DNA of 64,000 bases from Octopus sinensis (Eukaryota), in NCBI RefSeq assembly GCF_006345805.1, contig NC_043021.1, positions 3,844,001-3,908,000 on the forward strand, given 5' to 3'. The notes under the pieces were generated by a model, which worked only from the letters and a program-made list of their open reading frames with translations, made no database searches and was not told the origin of the DNA. This document shows positions 25,646-39,200 of the stretch, in pieces (position 1 is the stretch's first letter; each line of letters begins with the position of its first letter). Both the position numbers and the translations under genes were made by a program.

Positions 25646-28600
25646 ACATAAAAAACAAAAGACGAAGACACAGGGGTGTACAAAACAAACAGATGTATTA
25701 GTATAATGCTCAGGAATAGAGAAAATCGTTTACGTTTCGAGCCTATGCTCTTCTACAGAAAGGGACACAGAAAAAAAACATAGATATATATAAAAGGGAT
25801 ACATTAGATGGGGAGTGGGTGGAGTGGGGATGAGGTAAGGAATGATAATAGGAGGTGAGAAACAGTCACACGAGAAAACGTGGGCCAGTGTTGAAATGAA
25901 ATGCAGCAACATCACTTACTCTGTTTAATTCTGGCTCAATTTTCAGTGACAATTTGGATTTCCTGTGGGAATCATCCCGTGCTTCATCTCGAACATCAAT
26001 GTCCCTGTGGAGTTCTTCGGTAGACATGGTAGCTGCTCGAATGAAGTTAGAAGGCACCAAACCTTTTCGTCCTTTCATTTCACCGATAAAGAAACCATCA
26101 TCATCCATGTCGCCATAGATTGTAATAAAATCTCCAACTTTGAATGCCAGTTCCACCTGAAAGCATCGGAGAAGAAACGGGAAAGTGATTTAGTTAGGGA
26201 AGGGATCAACAGGAAATGAGAAGACACTTAAGATATTTACATTAAGCTGACAAAAGCAAGTTAATCCTTTGCCTGTCCTGAAAGACAAAGTTGAGCTTGG
26301 CAATATTTGAACTCAGAATGTAATGATGGATGAAATGTTGTTAAGAATTTTGCTGAGTATGCTAGCTTGCCACCTTAAATATCCGTGGAATAAGCTGCCG
26401 GACGAGATAGTGAAGATGCCGACGACCACTCGGTTCAAAGTCTCTCTTGACCAGAAATGGCCTGAACTCTTTGCATGAACACCCTCCCTGTACATAACTC
26501 CATGTCCCCCTACATGGCCTTGCTTTTTGCTTTTTGAGCCAAAAAATTAACTTAAACTTAAAAATAATAATCCTTTCTACTATAGGCACACGGCCTTGAT
26601 TTTATGGGGTCGATCACATTGACCCCTCAATAATAATAATAATAATAGTAGTAGTAGTTCTTGGTGTCCACGATTTAAACATACTACACATTCCCAGGAA
26701 TTTTTAACCATCCATCGTTTCAAATTTCATTTGGAAGTGTATGTGTATAGGTTAGTGGTTCTCAACCGGAGTCTATATTAGATTTTTGGGGATCCATGGA
26801 ACAAAATAGTAAATAGGGAATTCACCATAGTATGTTAAGGTTCTGTGAAAAAAGTTTTAATTTGACTCCTTCTCTTCCTACTCCTCGCCATGGCTATGCA
26901 TACTTAAGCTAGTAACCTGCTTCATTCTTGATTCCGAATTCCTTTTGCCAAGTCTGTCCGTAAACGAAGTGATCCCAAGATAAGAAATCTTTGAACTTTA
27001 ATTCATCCGTATCTCTATTTATTATTATTATTTATTAATTATTATTATTCTGATCCCCCTAGTCGCCACTCTGTTTACTATTTCAGCCTCGCCTCGTTTT
27101 TGCATATTCTGTATAATTCACTAGTTATCGTTATAGATATTTAAGATCTATCTCCCTTACAGGGCTGATTAGAAATTGGCTGCCGATTCTTCGCGGGGTT
27201 TCTCTCCCCCTCTTTTTACATTGTCTGTCTGGACTCCTTCTCTTCCTACTCCTCGCCATGGCTATGCATACTTAAGCTAGTAACCTGCTTCATTCTTGAT
27301 TCCGAATTCCTTTTGCCAAGTCTGTCCGTAAACGAAGTGATCCCAAGATAAGAAATCTTTGAACTTTAATTCATCCGTATCTCTATTATTATTATTTATT
27401 AATTATTATTATTCTGATCCCCCTAGTTGCCACTCTGTTTACTATTTCAGCCTCGCCTCGTTTTTGCATATTCTGTATAATTCACTAGTTATCATTATAG
27501 ATATTTAAGATCTATCTCCCTTACAGGGCTGATTAGAAATTGGCTGCCGATTCTTCGCGGCGCGCCCGCCCTACCCACCCCCACCACCAATACCGGATAT
27601 CTCTATTTTGCTCCAACTATACCGGATGTCGTCTCTCCCACCACCATTATAGGTGTCTACTCTTTGAACCCCCCTCTTCAATACGCTATTTCACCATGCA
27701 TTACCCCTCTCTCGATATCCTACGTTCTACTTGCCTAGAACCTGTCCTCTGAACCACCCCTCCCACTGGTGCTCCCCTATATTTCTGCACCCCCCCCATA
27801 AAAAAAGCACCATCCGAACGTGGCCGATGCCAGACCCCTCTGGCACCTGTGCAGGTGGCACGTAAAAAACACCCACTACACTCGTGGAGTGGTTGGCGTT
27901 AGGAAGGGCATCCAGCTGTAGAAACACTGCCAGACTAGACTGGAGCCTGGGGCAGTCCCGAGCTCCCCAGACCCCGGTCGAAACCGTCCAACCCGTGCTA
28001 GCGCGGAAAACGGACGTTAAACGATGATGATGATGATGTATCTATTACAAGAAACACCTGAATTTCTTCCACGAGCGTTTACATAGTTCAACCTGCACAA
28101 GGTAATATGTGAAAAACAAAATAGGAATTTTGAAAGAAGTATCTATAAAACTAATTTTAAATTATCGAATGGCTGATGGGGGGGGGGGGTCCACCTAAGT
28201 AAAATAGTAATCAAAGGAGTTCATAGATGAAAAATGGTTGAGAACTCCGGATATAGATGGTTCTTGTCCTGCGTATTTAAAATAAAGTGGAAGGGAGATA
28301 ACTCATGGTTGTGGATCATTTCTTTTGCTCTTCTTTGATTATTGGTTTCAAATTTGGGCTCAAAGCCAGCAATTTCGGAGGAAGGCCTAAGTCGATTATA
28401 TCGACCCCGCCCCCCAGTCATCAACTGATACTTATTTTATTGACACCGAAAGGATGAAAGACAAAATCGACCTCAGCGGCAGAATTTAAACACAGAACAT
28501 AATGATGGACAAAATACCACAAAACATTTTACCCAGCTCACTGCTCTACTATTTTTTCCATTATTTTTAGTCAGTGTGTGAGTGTGTGTGGTGTGTGTGT

Positions 28601-30894
28601 GTGTAAAGGCAGCGAGCTGGCAGAATTGATAAGATACCAGACGAAAGATCCCTAACCAACTCGACTGCCTTTACATTTATCGAGAAGGGAACTTCATGGG
28701 AAAAAGGTTCTTCTCTCTATCTGGTGGGATTGCAAAGGAGTAATTCACTTTAAACTGTTACCACCAAATGCAACAATCAATGCTCAAGTCTACTGTCAGC
28801 AATTAGAGCATTTGAACCAGGCTTTGAAGAAAAAAAGACCCGCTTTAATGAATTGAAAAGGAGTGATGTTTCATCAGGACAATGCGTGACCCCACACTGC
28901 AAAGATCACATCGCAGAAGATCGAAGAGTTTGGTTGGGAAAAAATTCCTCATCTACCTTATTCTCCTGACCTTGCTCCTTTAGACTACCATTTGTTTCAT
29001 AGTTTACAGAATCATTTGGGGGACATAACTTTGGCAAGCCAGGAGGAGGTCGAAACTGACATTTCAGAGTTCTTTGCTTTGAAACCAAAAGAGTTTTACA
29101 TTGATGGGATTAAAAAGCTTGTAAATAGATGGAAGGAAGTCATAGATAATCAGGGAAAGTACATTGATGATTAAATTTCAATTAAATATAACATTTGATC
29201 ACTTGTTTTCTTTATTCAAAATTTGAACTTATGGGATGACCTGATACATCAACAAATGACATTAACATTGGAGAAGGCATGGCTTTATTGTTAGGAAGTT
29301 CACATTATAATCTCCAGCCAGTCGTGTCATCTCCTTAGTAGAGGTAGGCTAATGTGTTGTGAGTAAGACTGAATGGAAGCTTGTTGGCTTTATATTTGTG
29401 TGTGTGTGAGAGGGTATGTGTGTATTTATGCTTGTGTTTCACAAATGTAGCAGTTCAATAAATAGAGATTGATAAAATAAGTGCCTGATGTGAAAATAAG
29501 CATTTGTTGTTGATACAATCAACTATAAACCATTGCATGCAGTGCCCCAACATGGCCACAACTAGTGAACCCGATAAAGACAAACTAGTGAAACCAATGA
29601 AGGAAGAGAAAAACATGGGATGTAAAAAAAAGTTTTAAAAAAATAGCAACCAAAACAAAAAATAAAATCAGTAAATCTACCTCAGCATCGACATTAGGTG
29701 AGAGCTCCCGAGGGTCATAGTCGTAAAGAGCAACCATAAGTTTGCCGGGGCCTAGGCCAGAGTTCGTGAGGTCAGCGCTTCTGTATAGTGATTTGGAAAG
29801 AAAATTTTCTTTGGCTGCAAATACATGTAAGAGAAAATTAGTTTTTGTAAGTGAAGTGGAAGGCTGAAAGAAAAATACAAACATAAATGACAAGGGCTGC
29901 ATACAGCCTTGTCATAAGAAGCTTAACAAATCAAAATGAAACAGGTTCATAACACAGGGTAACAATTTTTGTCCTTGGGGAGCAACTGTTATTTCCTATT
30001 TGCTTACCCCTGGAAAGTATGGAAAATGGCTAATATTTCCTTCAAACTTTGCCTTTGTTATGATATTTATTCAAACCCCAAACAATCTCTCTTAACACAT
30101 GGCTATGATGCTCCCCCACTACTAGTACTCATGATCAGAGATGCACATATTGCAGGCCACTAAGGGCCGTGCTCAAGTGGTTATGGTCTGTGCTATTGAG
30201 CAGAATATTTACTATAATGATATTTCTGCTTCAGCAATTCAGTGCTGAATCTGTCTGAAATGTAATGGAAAATAGGTCAGCTTCAAAATGCTGATGTCCA
30301 GGTGACAAAAGTTCCAAGTTTGGAGGGAATAGTAGTTATTTCCTTTGATTGCTAGACAGAAGCAAATAAAAAAAAGAAAAGCACTTTTGATTGTAAGGTC
30401 AGGAGTTCAGTTCCTGGTAACATGTTGTGTCCTTGAGCAAGATACTTTACTTCATGTTACTCCAGTCCACTCAGCTGGCAAAAATGAGTTGTACTTGTAA
30501 TTCAAAGGGTCAGCCTTGTCACACTCTGTGTCACACTGAATCTCCCTGAGAACTACATTGAGAGCATGTGTGTCTGTGGAGTGCTCAGCCACTTGCACGT
30601 TAATTTCACGAGCAAGACCTCTTCCGTTGGTCAAATCACCTGGAACCCTCGTCATCATGACCGACAGAGTGCCATTATAAATAGAGAGATATGTGGAACC
30701 ATTAATCCTCACATATTGTTTTCTTGTTCTTTTCATTATTTTTTCCTCTCATCCTTTACTGATGGAGAGCATAGGCTCAAAACATCAAAGACTTTTCAAT
30801 TCTTCCCCAGTGTCAAACTAATACATCTGCTTGTTGTTCCTTCACCTGTCTTTGTTTACTGTACATTTAAACACACACACATATTTAATTATCT

Positions 30895-30942
<48 letters not shown>

Positions 30943-33900
30943 TATATATATATATATACACATATATATATTTACTGGCATTTATGCTGGTGGCACATGA
31001 AAAAACATTCGAGCGAGATCATTGCCAGTGCCACTGGACTGGTTCCTGTGCAGGTGGCACATAAAAAGCACCATTGAGCGTGGCCGTTGCTAGTACCACC
31101 TGACTGGCCCTCATGTCGGTGGCATGTAAAAGCCAACCACTACACTCTCAGAGTGGTTGGTGTTAGGAAGGGCATCCAGCTGTAGAAACTTTGCCAGATC
31201 AGATTGGAGTCTGGTGCAACCATCTGGTTCGCCAGACCTCAGTCAAATCGTCCAACCCATGCTAGCATGGAAAGCGGACGTTAAACGATGATGATGAGGA
31301 TGATGATACATACACTCACCAGGAGTACTACTGCTCTCTCCACTGGACGTGCTGGTATTGTCTTTTAACAGCTGCTGCACCACATCAGGGTCCCTGACCT
31401 TCACCTCAGTAACCATGTTGCCAGGTACGTAACCAAGCTTGCCGTTTGCTTCTCCTCTGTAAAATCCATCGGCACCACAATCGCCAAATATCTACAGAAA
31501 ACGAAAAGACAATAAAGAATATAACAAAAAATATTGTAACATAGTTAACCCTTTCGTTACCAACCCGGCTGAAACCAGCTCTGGCTCTGAGTACAAATGT
31601 CTTGTTTACATAAGTTTTGAATTAAAATCTTCCACCAAACCTCAGACACAATTTATGTTCCTAACACTAGCTTAATGATAACAGTTATTTTACTAAATTC
31701 TTTGTTATATTTAAAGTAATTGAAAGAAACACAGAACATCTCAAAATAAATACGGTAACAAAAGGGTTAAGGTTCTGAAGCCACAGAGAATAGCTTTGAA
31801 ATAAAAACTGTTTCACATTTTGGCACAAACCCAGCAATTTTGGGGTACAGGATAAGTTGATTACTTCGATCCCAGCCTTCAACTGGTACTTATTTTATCG
31901 ACACAGAGAGGATGCAAGGCAAGGTCGACCTTGGTGGAATTCGAACTCAGAATGTAAAGATGCCCTGCATTTTGTCCTATGTGATAAATACAGGATGATC
32001 TTGATGAATGAAAACTTAATAGCAAAGTGGGTTCTAGCATAAATTTAATATTTCTAATTTTTGCATAAGACCAGCAATTTTAAGGGAACAGGAACAGGTG
32101 ATTACATCGAATCAAGTGCTTAACTGGTACTTACTTTGACCCCAAAAGGATGAAAGGCAAAGTCAATCTTAGTGACATTTGAACTCAGAATGTAAAGAAC
32201 CATACGCAATGCTAAGAATTTGGTCTGGCATGGTAACAATTCTGCCAGAGTCGAACCAATTCTACTATATGGCTCAGAAACCTGGACGTTATCAATGAAG
32301 CTTGAGAGGCGGTTGGATGGAACCTACACTCGCCTCCTTATGAGAGCTCAAAATCTCTCATGGAAGCGCCATCCAACCAAAATGCAAATATATGGGAAAC
32401 TACCACCTGTGTCATCTCTTGTGAAAGGTAGGAGAGTCCAGTTTGCTGGACATTGTTGTAGAGCTGAAAACAAGGTAATTTCTACTCTTCTCCTCTGGAA
32501 GCCATCTACTCGCAATACCAGAGGGCGCTCACTCTCCTACCCTGATGTAATCTCCAGGGATACAGGCATCCAGCAACAGGACCTCCGTAATGCCATGATG
32601 GACCGTGAAGTCTGGCGTAGCATGGTAAATTCCATTGTCTCGACGACGGTCGAACAATGATGATGATGAACAATTCTGCCAGCATGGAAAATGGATGTTG
32701 AAAGCAAATGATGATGATGATGATCATCATCATCATCGTTTAACGTCCGTTCTCCATGCTAGCATGGGTTGGACGGTTCGACCGGGGATCTGGGAAGCCA
32801 GAAGGCTGCCCCAGGCTCCAGTCTTATCTGGCAATGTTTCTACAGCTGGATGCCCTTCCTAACGCCAACCACTCCGCGAGTGTAGTGGGTGCTTTTTACG
32901 TGCCACCTGCACAGGTGCCAGGCGAGGCTGGCAACAATGACGAAGAGGCTAAATGAACTGACCTTGATAAAATCTCCCTCTTGGAACGGAAGCTCTGCAT
33001 CTGATCCGTCTGCGTTAGGTGACATGACAGCGGGGTCATAATCAAACAAGGCTACAAATAACCGCATCGAACTGTCAATTCCTCGTCGGACGTTACTGTT
33101 GTCTTCATAATATATATCGGAGTCCTGACACGAACTGCTCGGTCTGACCTTAACTGAATTGGGAGAGCCTAATATTCGGTCAGGTATGATTTCTGTCCGC
33201 CATCGCTGACTCGAATTTGCTGAACATTTTTCTATAGGGTTGTCTTTCTGTTTGGGTATTGAACTGTTGTTGGGAGATGTAAAAGAGCAGTCGACTTCAT
33301 CTATTTTTTTACGTGAGAATCCTTTCGTTTTGTCTTCTATGGATTTTCTCTTCTGTAAATTTGGTTCTTCCTCATCCTCAAACGAATTGCCTCTTTCTGT
33401 ACTACTGTCTCTTGTTATTTCTGAAATAATACAATTATTAAGAGAGATGGAAGTGTGTATATTCCAAAAATTACAGTGAAATGATCTGCTTGGAGAGTTA
33501 TCTCCCTTGCTTCTTAAAAATATTTAAAACTATTCTGATGCCAACCGGATTCAGAATATTTCCACCTTTTAGCATTTAAACTGGCCATATTTGGACTCTC
33601 ACACCTACCTTACAATGTCATTCTAAAGACTTATATAATAGCATCATAAAAATTTCAAAATTATGAGATAGTGCATGATAAATTCAAAACAAACTGAATA
33701 AATAAGCAAAATCCCTAGAAGAGACAAAAGTAGTAACTATAGCAACATCATCATCGTTTAGCGTCCGCTTTCCATGCTGGCATGGGTTGGACGGTTCAAC
33801 TGGGGTCTGGGAAGCCAGAAGGCTGCACCAGGCTCCAGTTTGATCTGGCAGTGTTTCTACAGCTGGATGCCCTTCCTAACGCCAACCACTCCGTGAGTGT

Positions 33901-34695
33901 AGTGGGTGCTTTTTACGTGCCACCGGCACGAGTGCCAGGGGAGGCTGGCAAACGGCCACGCTCGGATTGGTGCATTTTACGTGCCACTGGCACATCAAAG
34001 TGGCTTTTCCATGTTACTACTAGTTCAATGCCAGGCAGATTTTCTGTTAGCTATAAGTGCAGCCCTGCACCCTGAACATATATATACATTGCTAGAAGGG
34101 GAGTGAGCCCCTACCAACCTCCAGTAGATGACAGGATTGTAAAACTGACCCAGTTTTGAGTTAGTTTGCTCGTCTTCAGTTACAAACACCCGGCCACCAG
34201 AAAGATGGTCCGAGTCTGCTCCAGCTAGCAATATATTGTAAAGAAAGTGACCATCGGTCACTGATTCGCAACAAGCAAAGTAGGTAGTTGTAAAATCTCA
34301 AGAAGAGATGAGAGTAGTAACTATACTAACAAGGTAATCACCACATCACAGTGACTGTTCCATGTTTACTACTAGTTTAATGTGTATATATACATGCACA
34401 CACACATACATCTAAATATATACATATATATCTGTAAATTAATATGTGACAATTATTCAATAGCCAAGATATAAAACTCTGAGTTTCAGATGCCGAACTG
34501 GAAATCCACAACACCATCTCTTTGGTTATCTGGCCAACCAAAGAGATGGTGTTGTGGATTTCCAGTTCGGCATCTGAAACTCAGAGTTTTATATCTTGGC
34601 TATTGAATAATTGTCACATATTAATTTACAGATAAATTCCTCTATTTACATAATACTGAGGTCTCTTTCTTTCTTTTGTTATCTTACCGTTTTTA

Positions 34696-34736
<41 letters not shown>

Positions 34737-36156
34737 ATATGTGTGTAATTTTCTTTTGTATCACAAATATTTATCTCATAAAAATGGGAAAAAGGGGCCT
34801 TGCTGGAACAACTTTTATCATAGGTTTTTTTCTCAGCCAGGGCTGACTTAGAGCTTCAAATTTTCAAAATACAAAGCTGTAGAAAGATAACACTTCTAAC
34901 AGATTTAATGCATATTTCAGGTAAAAAAGGAAAAGATTTTATTTACCTATAGCAGGAATGGTCATACCATGTTGTGAAGATCTTCTATCACTAGCTTTAC
35001 TGGATGGTCTTCGAACTGGAGAATGGAATGCAGATCTGTCTGGTGGAACCTGTGGGAAAAAGAAAATAATATATAATTGGAATATAGAGAAGAGTTTGGT
35101 ACAAAAGCCAAACTTACTAATTTTGGTTTGGTTTTCCATGCTTATAGTCACAATTGTTGAGTCATCTCTGAAATAGTAAGGTTGCAAATGCAAGTATCTG
35201 AAATGTTAGTCTAGTTCCTTCCTGAGTCAAATAGACTCAAAGAGCCGGTTCCCCAGTTTCCGTGTTGTATATATTCCCCACCCAGGGCAGAACGCCGGTC
35301 CGTCGCAGGATTACTCATTTTTGCCAGCTGAGTGGACTGGAGCAAAGTGAAATGAAGTGTTTTGCTCAAGAACACAATGCGTTGCCCAGCTGAGGAATTG
35401 AAACCACAATCTTACGCTCATGAATCCAACATCCCTAACCACTAAGCCATGCATCTCCACTAAAGAAAACGACATCCGCTGAAGCTACCTTTCATTAGGA
35501 TTGAGCCGGAAAACTTACTACCAAGCAGGCATACCATCCAGGGCATGCTATGCTTGCCAAGTATCTGAAATGGGGTTCTGCCAAAGGATTTCTAGAGCAA
35601 TGTAGCTCAATACAGTTGCTACATTCACACATTGAGTGGTCATGGACCTGGCATGATGGACATGTGATTAGAATGTCACAGGAAAGAACCACAAAATGGA
35701 TTCTTCAAGCCAAATCAACTGGCAGGAAACCTAAGGTTAGACCAAGTATGAGGTGATTGAATAATATCCATAGTCCCTGATGAGATGATTGAATAATATC
35801 CATAGTCATGCTTAAGAATCCAGCCAGAAAATGTAATGACAACTGTTTCTGATAGAACCTTATGGAGTAGGTACCTGGCGACCTTACACTGACAACGCTT
35901 CCGGAAATACTAGGTGAAGATGGATGGATGGGGAGAATATAAATATACATTTTTATTAATGTTTAACAGAAGCAACAGAGTGATACAAGGTCTAAGAGTT
36001 TCGTGCATTGGCACTAGTGTCAATGCAAGAAATTCTTTGACCTTGAGTTACTCTGTTGCTTCTGCTAAACATTAATAAAAATTTACAAACACTCACATTT
36101 TGAGTTCAATTTTACCTGTTTGCACCAACATACGTATACATATACATACATACATA

Positions 36157-36208
<52 letters not shown>

Positions 36209-36241
36209 CACACACACACATATATATATACACACACACGC

Positions 36242-36274
<33 letters not shown>

Positions 36275-39200
36275 TGCATATATAATCATTTTTATATTTT
36301 AAGTCTAATAATTTTTTTTTGTATTATAGTGCTCACTTGCTTAGTAAAATATTGCTTTCATTATTTTATCACAGTCATAATCTCTCCTTTTTAAACAAAC
36401 ATCAAGGTAGTCCAACTACGTTTAATGTGCCAAAACATAGCAGTGATCACATAGAGATATTTTAATACCTACAGCATATCAAATAGCCATAGCAACAAAT
36501 TCACTTGCTAATTCTTAGATAACGATGGAAGGGAAATAAGTTACATGAGTCTGAGGCTTCAGTAAGTTTTAATAAGTTGTCCAATATAATTTATTTTCAG
36601 TATGTATAAACAATAAACTGAGAGCAGTTACATAGCGAATTTATATTAATAAAATACCTGATTTACTCATCTGAAATAACGAAATAAACTTGAAATGAAA
36701 AAACTACAATAAATATATATTAAGTAGAATGTTATTAATGAAAACAATTAGAGGCAGGAGAATTAGAAGGTGAGAGACTGTGTTGCAAATGAAAATGAAA
36801 AATTTTGCCAGAACATATTAATATTGTTTATCAAATATTGAAACTTACTCTGTAGGGAACGTAAAGCTTGGCAACAAATTTTAAAATTTGTGATAGTAAA
36901 TAGTAACAGATGCTTTGAAAGTGACTTTTTATCAATATATATTAACAGAGGAATTTGTAAAAATTTTCCAGAGATTCAAACCTATAATATGGTTGTTATG
37001 GAAGCTGTGATTAATTAACTAATGGACATCACGGAAATTTATATGTAGATATATAACTAGTCAATTTGTTATATATATTTATCAGTAATAATTGGTAGAA
37101 CTTACATAGGTGTGCATAGATTGATAGCTGGGTGGATGGGGCCACACACACACACACAAGTCTGGTGCTGTGAGAACACACGGGAATGGCATTTCCTTAC
37201 TTTTTCAAACATACCCATGAAATGATCTTCATCATCATTATCATCATCGTTTAACGTCCGTTTTCCATGCTAGCATGGGTTGGACGGTTCAACTGGGGTC
37301 TGGGAAGCCAGGCTGCTGCACCAGGCTCCAGTCTGATCTGGCAATGTTTCTACGGCTGAATGCCCTTCCTAAAGCCAACCACTCCGTGAGTGTAGTGGGT
37401 GCTTTTTATGTGCCACCGACACAGGTGCCAGATGAGGCTGGTGAATGGCCACGCTCGGATGGTGCTTTTTACGTGCTACCGGCATCTTACATAACGATAT
37501 CATTCGTTTGGCTTGTGTTGAAATATACCAAAACAAATTAATTCCTCACAAATATATTTTACTTTACATATAATTTAGGTGTTAATTCTATTTACTGAAA
37601 CTTGCTAAAATGCCTAGTTTGCTTTAAAGAAGTATCTCCTTGTAGACACAATTGTCAGTAATCATACTGTTTCCATTTCTCTCAGCCAATATTCTTACAT
37701 TAGGTTTCTTTCGAACTCTAGATTATGCAACATACAGCTGACCATGTGGGAAGAATTGTGTCGGAAGATATATTCCAATTTGTTCAAAAGGCTGTCCTTG
37801 TGCCTTGTTGCATGTCAAGGCAAAGCTGGCTTGACAGGAAATTTTTTTACCTTCAAATGTAAATTCCATTCCTTGAGACATATGTGGTATTCTTGGGATT
37901 AGCAGAGTTGATCCTGCATAAGGACCAGAAGCAACCTCAGCCTCGATAGCATGATCATGTGACCGGACAATGATGTAGAGTGTGCCATTGCAATGTCCAT
38001 TAGTAGCATCTAAATTTCTCAGAAGCATTATGCAGCATTTTTTCTTCAGTTTGAGATTGTTTGGTGGAAACCCTGATGGTGTAAGTTTGTTGGTGAACTT
38101 GACTGGGTACAGAGTTTCATTATCAACTGTATCTGAGCTTCTCTATATTTTTAGCTCACCAGGGATCCTGGTCAACAGAAAATCATTCACAAATTGTGCT
38201 GCTTCATCTGTTGGAGTAACGTTGGTTCTATTTGCAAGCCACATAGGGTTTGTGAAGTTATTTTTGAGGACAGCATATACAAAATCACAGAGATCTGAAA
38301 GAGTACCACTTTCAGAGCAAGGGTCAGTGGGTAGTTTGATTTTGAATTCACCTAGGATTTGTTCAACAGAAATGTTACCATTTCCTACATCAAGAAGGTA
38401 ATTAGCAAACTCTCTTTCATCAGAATGATCTTCTGTAAGAGAAGTCTTAGATTGGTTGTCAACTCCACTACTTCCACATGATCGCAAAGAAAAGATCTCT
38501 TTAGTGTTTCATCGACAATTTATGATCTGACACCATTATTTTGAAGTAGAATATTCTCCTCTCAAGATAGCCTAACCAGTCGGTCATGTGTAGTGGAAAC
38601 AGAATCATGTTCACATCTCCATGCATATTCAGGCATCTGTTTCAGTCGCTTGCCCTAGTTTCATCCGATTCAGTTGTCCGCCTTTCTCTCTGCCATTGTG
38701 CCTTTGCTGTTAAATTTTCTTTTTCAGTTGCATATTTTTTTGGATGTTTCATGTTCAATTGCAAAACGAAAATAAACATGAAAAGGAAAAAACTGTATAA
38801 GCGAAACCTCACTAAAAACTATCTTATTTAGCATGCTAGAAATAGCAGCAATCACATAGTTATTATTATAAGGCTTATAGCGTTCCAAGTAGCTATACCA
38901 ACAAAATCACGTCTTCATTAAAAAAAAAAAAAAAAATACTAGTATATTAAAGAATTTTCATTTTATCAAAAATATTCATTAAATTTAATTTATATTTATA
39001 CTGTGAAATTTGATTTAATCCTAAATCTAATTTTTCCCTGTAAGTTTGGATTTACTCCCTAATAATATTATATATATATAATTTATAAGTAAGGGCAAAA
39101 GGAAAAATTTCCAATGCCAAAATATGCCGTCAATAACCATGAAACTACCAGCACGCGTTTCGAAGAAAGCCGACAGAAATTTCTAAAAAATCCCGTTATT

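Noticed and set aside
34025-34261. 78-aa minus-strand ORF inside the gene
   Set aside because: No recognisable motif or convincing splice sites; flanking exons already join in phase.
37723-38487. Host PIF1 helicase gene
   Set aside because: Intronless, frameshifted, intronic and Helitron-type.
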